The notes below the pieces were generated by a model. It ran no database searches and had not been told where the DNA came from. It worked only from the letters and a program-made list of their open reading frames with translations. From an uncultured bacterium (GTDB lineage: Bacteria; Babelota; Babeliae; Babelales; JABCYS01), in NCBI GenBank assembly GCA_963705705.1, contig CAVPKK010000007.1:256001-320000 (forward strand): 64,000 nt of DNA, read 5' to 3'. The translations under genes and the position numbers were made by a program. How positions within the stretch are numbered: the first letter of the stretch is position 1; every line of letters begins with the position of its first letter. Shown here one piece after another: positions 52,326 to 62,562 of this stretch.

Positions 52326-55300
52326 TTTTTCAACTTGCTTTTGCTTATTGTTCTTCCGAGCTTACTTTCCTCAATTTTATCAAGTATCAGCTCTTTTCTG
52401 GCCTTTGGTACAGAGTCACCAACTTCCTTCAGATACTTGTTAAAGGAGCTTATAGCATCGTCAAATTCTCCTTCTTCTAGATAATCCATGGCTGATGCAA
52501 AAAGTGGCTCATTATTTAATAAAGTATCCGCGCCATTTCTTTCTTGAGTAAGTTCCTTCGCGTATGGTTGTGATTCTTTTGCGAACTGCTCAAGGCCGAG
52601 TGTGGCTTTTTCAGGATCAGTTACCAACAGCTGACGGGCTTCTTGGTATTGTTGGCGCAACATTCCGACAATGTCTTCTTGGGGAGTTGGTGAGATCCGG
52701 GCAGGGGAAGGCGGTGTTATTCGTCGTCCCGCTTGGAAGCTAGCCAATCGTTTTTCTACTTCTGCCAAACTAGCTTCGGCTTGTTTTTTTATTTTAGGGA
52801 AATCAATACTTTGCGGAATTAGATTTTTAAACCGTTCGCGCGCTTTTGCTAAATCGTTCATCTTGAACGCGGCTTTGCCCGAAAGTAATAGTGATTTGAG
52901 GTACTCTTGGTCAGCTGGATAGCCCCGCAGCTGCCAACGATAGAGTTCTAATAATGGTTCGGCCTTGGCTGCATCTGCTACGCTGGCAGTCTTTTTCAAA
53001 AGATCCTCGGCATCGGAGAGCAGTTTATCCGTTGGCCAATCATTGATATCGATTAAATAGTCTTCACGAGTCTTTTGCAGTTGCTCATCTTCGGCTTCAT
53101 AAACTTCTTTTCGCGCATCGATCATAACAATAGCGACCGCATCTTTCTTTGGTAGTCTTTCATATACAATACGGTAATTGCCAACACGAATCCGCCAAAG
53201 CCCCTCGCCATATGAAAGCTTGATGGCCGAAGGATCCTTATGCCCAAGGCTCAGTTCTTTAAGGGCTTCCTCTGCTCGTGATTTTATGTCTTTTGGCAAT
53301 GGCTCAAGTTGGTTATAGGGATCAAATATAAACAGCAATTGTTGTGGCTCTGGCGCCGGTGTTGGCGACACACCTTTCTTTTCGGGAACTATGGCCAACT
53401 CTTTTTCAAGAACTCGTAGTTGCTGATTGACCTTATTAATAAAATCTCTTCGTTCCGGAATCTTTAGACCTGCCAATGCCTTTATAATGTCTCTTATAGT
53501 GTCAGCTCGTGCGCTCGATGGCTTTTCTTTATATTTTGCCAGCGCTTCCTCAACTTGAGTTTGAAGAGCATCTGCTTTTTGTTCTTTATATTGATCTTGC
53601 AAACCAGCTATTCGCTTTTGTAAAGTTGCATCAGTAATTCTTGCAAACTTGATGTCACGCAATAATTGTTCAGCGTCCGTAAGATTATTTTTAGCTAATG
53701 TTTCATCTAAACGTTGTACTAATTCTTGGGCTTTATGCTTTTCTTGTTCCTGCAATGCCTTTTTTTCTGCTTCTGTCATCTCAGTTACTACTGATATTGG
53801 CCGTTTGCTCCAAGTTTCAATTAACTTATGGAGTTCCTCAATTTTTGATGCAAGCTCAGGCATCTGCAATTCTTCAATCTCTGAAACTGCCTTATTTGCA
53901 GCTTTCACTAAAGTTGGTGATGGATTTTTTTTGAGAATATCCAAAATCTTAGATTCCTGATCCTTAATAAAATTATCTTTTATTTTTTTCAGCGTATCTC
54001 TAATTTCTATGATATTTTCTTCAAGTGATTTTTTCGTTGTCAATTCATGTACAGTTGTAATCTCTTTGGCAACCTGTCCAAGAAGTTTTTCTACATCATG
54101 AAAATCCTGCGCTCTTAAATTCTTTTTTAGCATTATTGCTTTAATATTTTCTAACATCACTTGAATGGGCTCTTCCTTTTGAATCGCTATTTCTTTTGCA
54201 GGTGCTTGGCTTTTTTTAGGTTTTATAGGCAATCCTAATAAAGCTCCAATCTTTCTCATAATACTTGGGTTTGCTTTATTGAAGGCAGCATCAAGCATTT
54301 TCTTACTCTCCGGGCTGAAAAAAAGAAGACGGTCCGGCTGCTCAAGTAACATATCGACTATATGCTCCAAATTCTTGGCCACCGCAATCGATATCGCTGT
54401 TTGACCTTCTTTATCTTGGGCATTAATATTCGCATGGCGTTCAAGTAGTACACGAACAGCAGCTGGTTTATCGAGCAAAACAGCAAACATCAAAGGAGTA
54501 ATGCCGTCTTGTGCATTCGGCAAATTAATATCTGCATTATGGTCCAACAGAAGGTTAATAATTCTGGGACTTTCTACGAATATAGCTGTGTTTAATGCAG
54601 TAAGGCTTTCCTCCGCCTGCACATTAATATCAGCCCCCTGATCTAAATAATTCTTTAACTTTTGCTCATCTAACGTGCCTTCATGGATGTCGTTCATCAT
54701 GCGCATCTCAGGTATTGTTAACTCTCGTGCTACAGGCAATGGTGTCTCAGGTAAAGTTTCAAATTTCTGTTTTTCTGCATCAAGCAGAAGCTTCACAATA
54801 CGTTTATGACCCATTTTTTTTGCACGGCTAAGGGCCGTATCGCCCTCTTTATTGCACGTACTAATATCAGCATTATGCTTAAGCAATTCAGAAACCATCT
54901 CCGCAGAGCCTGCGTTTGCAGCCATCATTAGAGCTGTGGTGCCATCCATGTCTTTTCCGTTAACCTTAGCGCCATATTTGAGTAGTAACCTTACGGCGTT
55001 GGCATGATTATTTCCAGCTGCTATCAATAAAGCTGGCCGCTCTCTTACCGCATCAATAGCATCAATGCTTGCGCCTTTTCTTAGAAGATCAATCAATGTT
55101 TTTTCGGTCAAATTTCCTTCAAATGCCCCATTTAATATCTCATAATCTAAAAGAGCTTTTGCTCTTCTTTCGGATGGGTTTATTTTTTCTGGCGGCTTCT
55201 TTTTTGCTTCAGCAATAAGCTTCGCGATCCCAGCAAAACCTTGTTTGCGTGCAATGCTTTCCGCATCCATACCTTGCCATTCTGCTAGATTAGCTTTTGC

Positions 55301-56101
55301 ATTGGGGTCTGCTCCCGCGTTAAGCAAAGCTTCTGCAATCTTTTCATGTCCGTACATGGCTGCCGCTATGAGTGCAGTAACATCATTAGGCCCTCGCGCA
55401 TCTACGTCGGCGCCCCATTTCAACAATATCCTAACCGAGCCTAAACGACCGTTAATGGCTGCAAGAAGTAAGGCGGTCAAACTGTTGGCATTTCGTGCAT
55501 CGATATCCGCTCCACGACCCAAAAAATTATGTATTGAAATCTCATTCAAATCGCCTCTGCCAGCAAACTCTATGATCAGACGTCCTGCTATTGCTGCTCT
55601 TTTTTTAGGTTGTGTTTTGAATTGGGCAATTATTTTTGCTGTGTTCGTATGCCCTTTCTTCATTGCTATACCTTCTGCATCCAAACCTTTCCAGCGGCCA
55701 TCTGTAAGTTTCACATCAGGGTCTGCTCCGGCTTCAAGTAATGCTTCTACCACGTCATCATATCCACCCAGGGCGGCTTGAATCAATGCAGTTGCCCCTG
55801 CTCCCTCAGTAGGCGCATTCACATCGGCCCCATATTCCAATAGCAAACAGACGGGTCCAAGTTTCCCTATACCAGATGCTAATCGCAGCGCATCCATCCC
55901 TTCATTATTTTGGGCATTAATATCAACCCCCAGGCTTATAAGATTTTCTAACCGTGGTTTAGTCAAAGTTCCGCGGGTAACATAAAAGAGAAGTGCTTGG
56001 AAAGGCCTTATAGCCACAGGTGCTGAGGTTGCCTCCAACAAATTCGTACTAAAGAATAAAAGTTGAACACTAATAAATCGAAACAATAAATTACGTGGCA
56101 T
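52322..56101 (-). CDS. Secreted ankyrin-repeat protein with internal RelE/StbE-like domain and TPR-like C-terminus (copy 1)
   Basis: Signal peptide, many ankyrin repeats, LWRIRVGNYRIVYE...IDARKEVYE at ~53095-53340. Confidence 0.88.
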   Translation of the reverse strand: MPRNLLFRFISVQLLFFSTNLLEATSAPVAIRPFQALLFYVTRGTLTKPRLENLISLGVDINAQNNEGMDALRLASGIGKLGPVCLLLEYGADVNAPTEGAGATALIQAALGGYDDVVEALLEAGADPDVKLTDGRWKGLDAEGIAMKKGHTNTAKIIAQFKTQPKKRAAIAGRLIIEFAGRGDLNEISIHNFLGRGADIDARNANSLTALLLAAINGRLGSVRILLKWGADVDARGPNDVTALIAAAMYGHEKIAEALLNAGADPNAKANLAEWQGMDAESIARKQGFAGIAKLIAEAKKKPPEKINPSERRAKALLDYEILNGAFEGNLTEKTLIDLLRKGASIDAIDAVRERPALLIAAGNNHANAVRLLLKYGAKVNGKDMDGTTALMMAANAGSAEMVSELLKHNADISTCNKEGDTALSRAKKMGHKRIVKLLLDAEKQKFETLPETPLPVARELTIPEMRMMNDIHEGTLDEQKLKNYLDQGADINVQAEESLTALNTAIFVESPRIINLLLDHNADINLPNAQDGITPLMFAVLLDKPAAVRVLLERHANINAQDKEGQTAISIAVAKNLEHIVDMLLEQPDRLLFFSPESKKMLDAAFNKANPSIMRKIGALLGLPIKPKKSQAPAKEIAIQKEEPIQVMLENIKAIMLKKNLRAQDFHDVEKLLGQVAKEITTVHELTTKKSLEENIIEIRDTLKKIKDNFIKDQESKILDILKKNPSPTLVKAANKAVSEIEELQMPELASKIEELHKLIETWSKRPISVVTEMTEAEKKALQEQEKHKAQELVQRLDETLAKNNLTDAEQLLRDIKFARITDATLQKRIAGLQDQYKEQKADALQTQVEEALAKYKEKPSSARADTIRDIIKALAGLKIPERRDFINKVNQQLRVLEKELAIVPEKKGVSPTPAPEPQQLLFIFDPYNQLEPLPKDIKSRAEEALKELSLGHKDPSAIKLSYGEGLWRIRVGNYRIVYERLPKKDAVAIVMIDARKEVYEAEDEQLQKTREDYLIDINDWPTDKLLSDAEDLLKKTASVADAAKAEPLLELYRWQLRGYPADQEYLKSLLLSGKAAFKMNDLAKARERFKNLIPQSIDFPKIKKQAEASLAEVEKRLASFQAGRRITPPSPARISPTPQEDIVGMLRQQYQEARQLLVTDPEKATLGLEQFAKESQPYAKELTQERNGADTLLNNEPLFASAMDYLEEGEFDDAISSFNKYLKEVGDSVPKARKELILDKIEESKLGRTISKSKLKK

Positions 56102-59100
56102 GGGTTCTTCCTTCTTCTTTTGCTAATTTCTTTTCTGCAGCTCTGCTTATCGTTCTTCCGAGCTTACTTTCTTCAATTTTATCAAGTATCAGCTCTTTTC
56201 TTGCCTTTGGTACAAAGTCACCAATTTCCTTCAAATACCTGTTAAACGAGCTTATTGCATCGTCAAATTCTCCATCTTCTAGATAATCCATGGCCGATGA
56301 AAAAAGTGGCTCATTGTTCAATACCGTATCGGCCCCTCTTCTCTCTTGAGCAAGTTCTTTCGCGTATGGTTGTGATTCCTTTGAGAACTGCTCAAGTTCG
56401 AGCGTAGCTTTTTCAGGATTGGTTACCAATAGCTGGCGGGCTTCTTGGTATTCCTCTCGAAGTTTTCCGACAATATCTTCTTGAGGAGCTGGTGAAATAC
56501 GGGCAGGGGAAGGTGGCGTTATTCGTCGTCCGACTTGAAAGCTAGCCAATCGTTTGTCTACTTCTGCCATACTGGCTTCGGCTTGCTTTTTAATTTTAGG
56601 GAAAGCAATGGCTTGCGGAATCATATCTGCAAAGCGTTCACGTGCCTTGGCCAAATCGTTCATCTTGAATGCTGCTTTGCCAGAAAGTAATAGAGAATTA
56701 AGATATTCTTCGCCGGCTGGATAGCCGCGCAGCTGCCAGCGATAGAGTTCCAATAATGATTCGGCATATGCTGCCTTAGCTGCACTGACATCCTCTCCCT
56801 TCAATAAACTTTTGGCATCCTCAAGTAATTTATCAATTTGCCAAACATCGATATCGATTAAATCTGCATTGCGAGTTTTCTGGAGCTGCTCATCTTCAGT
56901 TTCATAAATTTCACCTCGAGCATCGATCATTACCACAGCAATAGCATCTTTTTCCCGGAGCATTTTATAGACGATGCGGTAATTACCAACGCGAATACGC
57001 CAAAGCCCTTCGAGACCTTTACCTTTAAGTTCCACGGCTGAGCTATTTTTATAGCCAAGGCTCAGTTCTTTAAGTGCTTCTTCTGCTCGTGATTTTATCT
57101 CTTTTGGCAATGGCTCAAGTTGATTATAAGGGTCAAATATGAAAAGCAATTGTTGTGGCTCGGGCGCTGGCGTGGGGGAAATTCGTTTCTTTTCTTCGGC
57201 CGGAACCGCTTTCTCCTTTTCAATAGTTTTTAACTCCTGATAGGCACTTCGAATGAACTCTCTTAATGTTGGAACCTTTAAATCTTCTAAAGATTTTATA
57301 ATTAATCTTAACTCTTGTTCACGTTCCGATGTTGGCTTCTTTTTATACGCGACAAGCGCTTTCTCATATTGGGCCTGAAGCGCAGCCATTTTTTGCTTCT
57401 TATATTGATCTTCCAAACCAGCTATTTGTTTTTGCACTTGGGCATCGGTAATGGTCATATTTTTTATACGTCGTAGCTTTGTTTCCACATCGGCGAATTC
57501 ATTTTTTGATAATGCCACTTCGCTAGCTTCCGCGAGATTTTTTGCTTCGAGATTTGCAGCAGCTTGTAAAATCGCTTTTTCTTCTTCGGTTGGTTCTTTT
57601 GCAGGTGCTTCTGCTGTCAGCTGCTTTTCAAAAGAAGCTATCCTTTCCTTCATATTTTTAATTGTTTCATCAAGTTCTGGCATTTTAAGCGCTTCAAGAT
57701 CGCCAACTGATTTTTTGGCCAACTTTAAAGCACTTTTCAATGCAGCTCGAGATGGATGGTTTGTATAAGTAGCGAAAGGATCTTGGACTTTTGATTCAAT
57801 AAATTCCCTCTTTTTTTCTCTGAATTGATCTGAGAACTCAGTAATAATCTTCAGCTCGTCGGAAGTGGTCACCGACTCAACTGAAATTTGATTAAATAGT
57901 TTTTCTGTCTTTAATATATCGGCAAGCGATAATGAAGGATGGGAAATAAGAGCACGTATTTCATCTAGCAGCGATTTATATTTGTGGATTATAACTTGGG
58001 CGTTTAAAACGAGCTTGCGTTCTTCTGCGGAGGGCTCATGAGATAGCTGCGGCATTTGTGGCTTTTTAATTGGTTTTGTTTCTGCTTCACGTAACATCTG
58101 CGCCACAGCGGTATGACCTTGTTTTTGCGCCACCATAAGAGCAGTTTCACCCTTGGCATTTTTTTTCGTCATATCGGCCCCATGCGAAAGCAAAACCCAT
58201 GTCGACAGTAATGCCCCTACTTCTGCGGCTGCGATCAGTGCTGTATCTCCATCTATATCCTGTCTGTTAGGATCAGCCCCATACTCCAGAAGGAGTTTTA
58301 CAATGTCATGATGATCCTTCGCGATTGCTAGGATTACGGCTGTAAAATTACCCTTCACATCGGTAGCGTTTACACTAGCGCCTTCTCGCAGATAATTATT
58401 CAATTTTTTTTCGTTCAACGTTCCTTCATATGCCTCGCGTAACACATGAAAGTCTGCTGATGCCTTTAACCTTCTTAAACTGGCAGCTATTTGTTTTCGC
58501 GGCTTTTCTTTCGCCTCTGCAATTAGTTTGGCTATGTCTGTAAAACCGAGACGATCTGCTATTCCGGCTGCGTCCAGTCCCGCCCATTCACCGTCTGTAG
58601 GTGCTATATTAGGATCTGCGCCAGCATACAGCAAAAATTCAACGACTTTTGTATGCTTGCCTAAAATAGCCATGAGCAATGGAGTTAAATTCGATGGACC
58701 ATGTATATTTACATCAGCGCCCCATTTCACTAATACCTTTACTGTGCCTAAGTTGCCGGCTTCAGCAGCAAGTAGCAAAGCATTCATATCATGGTTTTTT
58801 GCATCAATATTTATGCCTTTTTTAAGGAGATCGTGTATTAAAAGCTCAGTCAATTCGTCTTTACTAGCTAAATTAATTAATTTGATTTCCGATTGAGTTG
58901 CTCTCTTAGCTTGTGCTCGTTCTGTTTCAATGAATGTTTTTGACCCTTGCTTTTTTTCTTGCCTCTTTTTTTTGGCAATGGCAATAAGTTTTGCAGTCTG
59001 CTTATATCCTTGAGCCCTCGCTACACTTTCCGCATCCATGCCTTTCCACTGACCACTTACCGCCACGATGTCAGGATCTGCGCCCGCATCAAGCAAAGCT

Positions 59101-59459
59101 TGCAGACACTGATTGTCTCCATAAGCTGCCGCATGAGTCAAAGAGGTTGCACCTTCAAATATAGCATTTACGTCAACCCCATATTCTTTTCTCAATAGCA
59201 GACGAACTTCATTTATATTGCCCTTCGCGCAGGCTGCAGGTAAGGCAAATACCCCAAGACGATTTTTCTTGTTAACATCTGCTCCTCGCGCTATGAGATC
59301 ATCTAATACAGGCTTAGTTAAAGTTCCGCGAGCAGCTAAGTTAACGAGAAGTGTATTTACATCTTCTTTTGGTGCAGGAACTGAAGTTGCCTGCAATAAG
59401 TTCGTCCCAAAGAATAAAAGTGGAGCAATTATTACTCGAAATAATAGATGACGTGACAT
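56091..59459 (-). CDS. Secreted ankyrin-repeat protein with RelE/StbE-like domain (copy 2)
   Basis: Same architecture; LKGKGLEGLWRIRVGNYRIVY...IDARGEIYE at ~56900-57150. Confidence 0.88.
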   Translation of the reverse strand: MSRHLLFRVIIAPLLFFGTNLLQATSVPAPKEDVNTLLVNLAARGTLTKPVLDDLIARGADVNKKNRLGVFALPAACAKGNINEVRLLLRKEYGVDVNAIFEGATSLTHAAAYGDNQCLQALLDAGADPDIVAVSGQWKGMDAESVARAQGYKQTAKLIAIAKKKRQEKKQGSKTFIETERAQAKRATQSEIKLINLASKDELTELLIHDLLKKGINIDAKNHDMNALLLAAEAGNLGTVKVLVKWGADVNIHGPSNLTPLLMAILGKHTKVVEFLLYAGADPNIAPTDGEWAGLDAAGIADRLGFTDIAKLIAEAKEKPRKQIAASLRRLKASADFHVLREAYEGTLNEKKLNNYLREGASVNATDVKGNFTAVILAIAKDHHDIVKLLLEYGADPNRQDIDGDTALIAAAEVGALLSTWVLLSHGADMTKKNAKGETALMVAQKQGHTAVAQMLREAETKPIKKPQMPQLSHEPSAEERKLVLNAQVIIHKYKSLLDEIRALISHPSLSLADILKTEKLFNQISVESVTTSDELKIITEFSDQFREKKREFIESKVQDPFATYTNHPSRAALKSALKLAKKSVGDLEALKMPELDETIKNMKERIASFEKQLTAEAPAKEPTEEEKAILQAAANLEAKNLAEASEVALSKNEFADVETKLRRIKNMTITDAQVQKQIAGLEDQYKKQKMAALQAQYEKALVAYKKKPTSEREQELRLIIKSLEDLKVPTLREFIRSAYQELKTIEKEKAVPAEEKKRISPTPAPEPQQLLFIFDPYNQLEPLPKEIKSRAEEALKELSLGYKNSSAVELKGKGLEGLWRIRVGNYRIVYKMLREKDAIAVVMIDARGEIYETEDEQLQKTRNADLIDIDVWQIDKLLEDAKSLLKGEDVSAAKAAYAESLLELYRWQLRGYPAGEEYLNSLLLSGKAAFKMNDLAKARERFADMIPQAIAFPKIKKQAEASMAEVDKRLASFQVGRRITPPSPARISPAPQEDIVGKLREEYQEARQLLVTNPEKATLELEQFSKESQPYAKELAQERRGADTVLNNEPLFSSAMDYLEDGEFDDAISSFNRYLKEIGDFVPKARKELILDKIEESKLGRTISRAAEKKLAKEEGRTHAT

Positions 59460-59472
59460 AGGTTCTTCCTAG

Positions 59473-62400
59473 TTATTTTACTAATCTCTTTTCTGCTGCT
59501 TTGCGCAGTGTTCTTCCCAATTCGCTCTGTGCAATTTCTTCATCTATCAGCTGCCGCCGGCGTGTTGGTAGGTATGTACCAACTTCCTTCAAATAACTGT
59601 TAAATGAGCTTATTGCATCGTCAAATTTTCCATCTTCTAGATAATCCATGGCTGATGAAAAAAGTGGCTCATTGTTCAACAACATGTCGGCGGCTCTTCT
59701 CTCTTGAGCAAGTTCTTTCGCATAAGGTTGTGATTCCTTTGAGAACTGTTCGAGCAATTGTGTAGCTTTTTCAGGATTGGTTACCAACAGCTGGCAGGCT
59801 TCTTGATATTCATCGCGAAGCTTTCCAACTACATTCTTTTGGGGAGTTGGTGAAATCCGGGCAGGGGAAGGCGGTGTTATTCGTCGTCCCGCCTGGAAGC
59901 TCGCCAGTCTTTTATCCACTTCTGCCAGACTTGCTTCGGCTTGCTTCTTAATTTTTGGGAAATCAGTGGCTTGAGGAATCATATCTGCAAAGCGTTCACG
60001 TGCCTTGGCCAAATCGTTCATCTTGAATGCCGCCTTGCCAGAAAGCAATAGGGAATTAAGATATTCTTCATCGGCTGGATAGCCGCGCAATTGCCAACGA
60101 TACAGTTCCAATAATGATTCGGCATATGCTGCCTTAGTTGCACTGACATCCTCTCCCTTCAGGAGATTTTTGGCATCCTCAAGCAATTTATCGATTCGCC
60201 AGACATCAATATCAATTAAATCTGCATTACGAGTTCTCTGAAGCTGCTCATCTTCTGTTTCATAAATTTCACCTCGAGCATCGATCATTACTACAGCAAT
60301 GGCATCTTTTTCGCGGAGAATTTTATAAACGATGCGGTAATTACCAACGCGAATCCGCCAAAGCCCTTCGAGACCTTTACCTTTAAGTTCCACGGCTGAA
60401 CTATTTTTATAACCAAGACTTAATTCCTTAAGTGCTTCTTCTGCTCGTGATTTTATCTCTTTTGGCAATGGCTCAAGTTGGTTATACGGATCAAATATAA
60501 AAAGCAATTGTTGCGGTTCTGGCGCTGGCGTTGGGGAAATTCGCTTCTTTTCTTCAGTTGGTACCGAAGCTGCTTCTTTTGCAATTGTTTTTAGTTGTTG
60601 GTAGGCAGCCCGAGTAAACTCTTTTAATTGGGGTATATTTAGATCTTCCAACGCTTTAATGATAAATCTTACTTTTTGTTCTCGATCTACCGTTGGCTTT
60701 TGTTTATAGGCCGCCAAGGTCTTTTCGTACTCTGCCTGAAGAATATCAGCCCGCTGTTTTTTATATCGTTCTTCTAAGCTAACTAGTTGCCTTTGTATAT
60801 TTGGATCAGTAGATAATCCTTTAGCTTCACGTAATAACGGCTGGACAGTATCTACATTATTTGCGTTTAATGCTTCATCAATCTTTTGAACTAGCTTTCG
60901 CGCCTCAACCTTCTTTTGCTCTTGTATCTTCTGTTTTTCTTCTTCTGTGAGCTCGGCTATCGCCGGTTTTTTACTCCATTCTTCAATATTTTTTTTCAGG
61001 CCTTCGATTTTCGGTTGAAGCTCAGGTATCTGTAAACTTTCAAGTTCCACGATCGCTTTTTTTGCAGCTTTCAGCAAAGTCGGGGAAGGATTTTTGGTAA
61101 TAATATCAAGAACCTTTTCTTCCTGTTCGTTAATAAAATTACATTTTATTTCATTAATCATAGCCCTAAATGGCTCGACGACATGCTCAATATCAGATTC
61201 ACTCGGGGACTGATTTTTAAACTTTGCCAACCGGATGAGCTCTGTTTTATATTGCTCAACCAAGTCCTCCGCCTTATGAAAATCCTGGTATTTTAAATTC
61301 TCTTTTGACAGCAGAGCTACAATTTGTTGCTCAATCTCATTGGTTCGCTCCTCTTTTTGCTTCACCTCTTCTTTCACAGTCGGAGCTGATTTCTTAGTCG
61401 GTTTTTTTTCTGCTTTTAGGAAATCCTCTACCTTTTTACGAATATTTGGATTCGCCCGCAATATTGCCGTATCCAATAGCCTTCGAGTTTGACGGTCTAA
61501 TTGAATCCTATCTGCATACTTAAGCAAACTATCGACGGCAGATTCCGAATTCATTAATACCGCCATAAGTAGTGCGTTATTACCATCTTTTGTTTTCACA
61601 TTAATATTGGCATTGCGCTTAAGCAAAAGGTTAACCGCCGTATCATGATTCCCGGTAATAGCAAACATTAACGGCGGAATACCATCATATATACTCAGCA
61701 AATTAATATTGGCGCCATTATCCAATAACAGATTAATAATATTCGTATTATTCTTAAAAATAGCGACTCTTAGAGGTGTAAGGCCTTCTTGGTTTTGCCA
61801 ATTAATATCAACACCCTGTTTTAAATATTTTGTTAATTTTTCTTGGTCTAAGGAATTTGTAACAATGTCATGAATAATGCTGTGCCAACCTGGACGTGCT
61901 TTTATCTCTTCCACTACCGATACTGGAAGCTTCGACGGCACATTTTCCTTTTCCCATTCTTTTTTTGCAATAGCAATTAATCGTGCAATGCGTTTGTGAC
62001 CTCTTGCTTTTGCTATAGCTTCCGCATCAAAATCTTTCCAACCACCACTTGTATTTGTTATAAAGGGATTAGCCCTTGCTTTAAGCAAAGCTTCAACAAC
62101 CGTATCATGTCCCTCGAACGCGGCATCCATAAGTGGAGTTGAGCCATCAGGTCCGGTAACATTTACGTTAGCCCCATAACTCAATAATAAGTTGACTACA
62201 GATAACTTCCCCTCTCCGGATGCAGCGCTTAATGCATCAAAGCCTTGCGGATTCTTGGCATTAACATCAACTTTTCGGTTAAAAATAAGATCATTTAATC
62301 TTTGCTCGGTCAAGGTTCCTTGCGCGGATAACCCAATGAGCAATGCTACATCGGTATCTGGAATGGCTGAAGTTGCCAACAGCTGATAAGGGACAGGGAA

Positions 62401-62481
62401 TAGTAATTGAACGAATATAAGACGAAACAATAGATGGCATTTCATTGCTTTTCCTAATTTATCTGGGCCTATTATAACCAT
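59473..62481 (-). CDS. Secreted ankyrin-repeat protein with RelE/StbE-like domain (copy 3; likely start 62445)
   Basis: Same architecture; RelE-like segment at ~60258-60510. Confidence 0.88.
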   Translation of the reverse strand: MVIIGPDKLGKAMKCHLLFRLIFVQLLFPVPYQLLATSAIPDTDVALLIGLSAQGTLTEQRLNDLIFNRKVDVNAKNPQGFDALSAASGEGKLSVVNLLLSYGANVNVTGPDGSTPLMDAAFEGHDTVVEALLKARANPFITNTSGGWKDFDAEAIAKARGHKRIARLIAIAKKEWEKENVPSKLPVSVVEEIKARPGWHSIIHDIVTNSLDQEKLTKYLKQGVDINWQNQEGLTPLRVAIFKNNTNIINLLLDNGANINLLSIYDGIPPLMFAITGNHDTAVNLLLKRNANINVKTKDGNNALLMAVLMNSESAVDSLLKYADRIQLDRQTRRLLDTAILRANPNIRKKVEDFLKAEKKPTKKSAPTVKEEVKQKEERTNEIEQQIVALLSKENLKYQDFHKAEDLVEQYKTELIRLAKFKNQSPSESDIEHVVEPFRAMINEIKCNFINEQEEKVLDIITKNPSPTLLKAAKKAIVELESLQIPELQPKIEGLKKNIEEWSKKPAIAELTEEEKQKIQEQKKVEARKLVQKIDEALNANNVDTVQPLLREAKGLSTDPNIQRQLVSLEERYKKQRADILQAEYEKTLAAYKQKPTVDREQKVRFIIKALEDLNIPQLKEFTRAAYQQLKTIAKEAASVPTEEKKRISPTPAPEPQQLLFIFDPYNQLEPLPKEIKSRAEEALKELSLGYKNSSAVELKGKGLEGLWRIRVGNYRIVYKILREKDAIAVVMIDARGEIYETEDEQLQRTRNADLIDIDVWRIDKLLEDAKNLLKGEDVSATKAAYAESLLELYRWQLRGYPADEEYLNSLLLSGKAAFKMNDLAKARERFADMIPQATDFPKIKKQAEASLAEVDKRLASFQAGRRITPPSPARISPTPQKNVVGKLRDEYQEACQLLVTNPEKATQLLEQFSKESQPYAKELAQERRAADMLLNNEPLFSSAMDYLEDGKFDDAISSFNSYLKEVGTYLPTRRRQLIDEEIAQSELGRTLRKAAEKRLVK

Positions 62482-62562
62482 TATAAATCAGTTGAATTGC
62501 CTGATTGAAGATTTGATGTTAAATACAGTTCTTGTAGCGGTAGATTCTAGCTGGATGAATGT

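Noticed and set aside
52322..62481. Classical type II toxin-antitoxin locus, or Thoeris-like ankyrin-associated phage defence
   Set aside because: No antitoxin ORF or known defence partner nearby, and signal peptides argue for export; a defence role is not strictly excluded.
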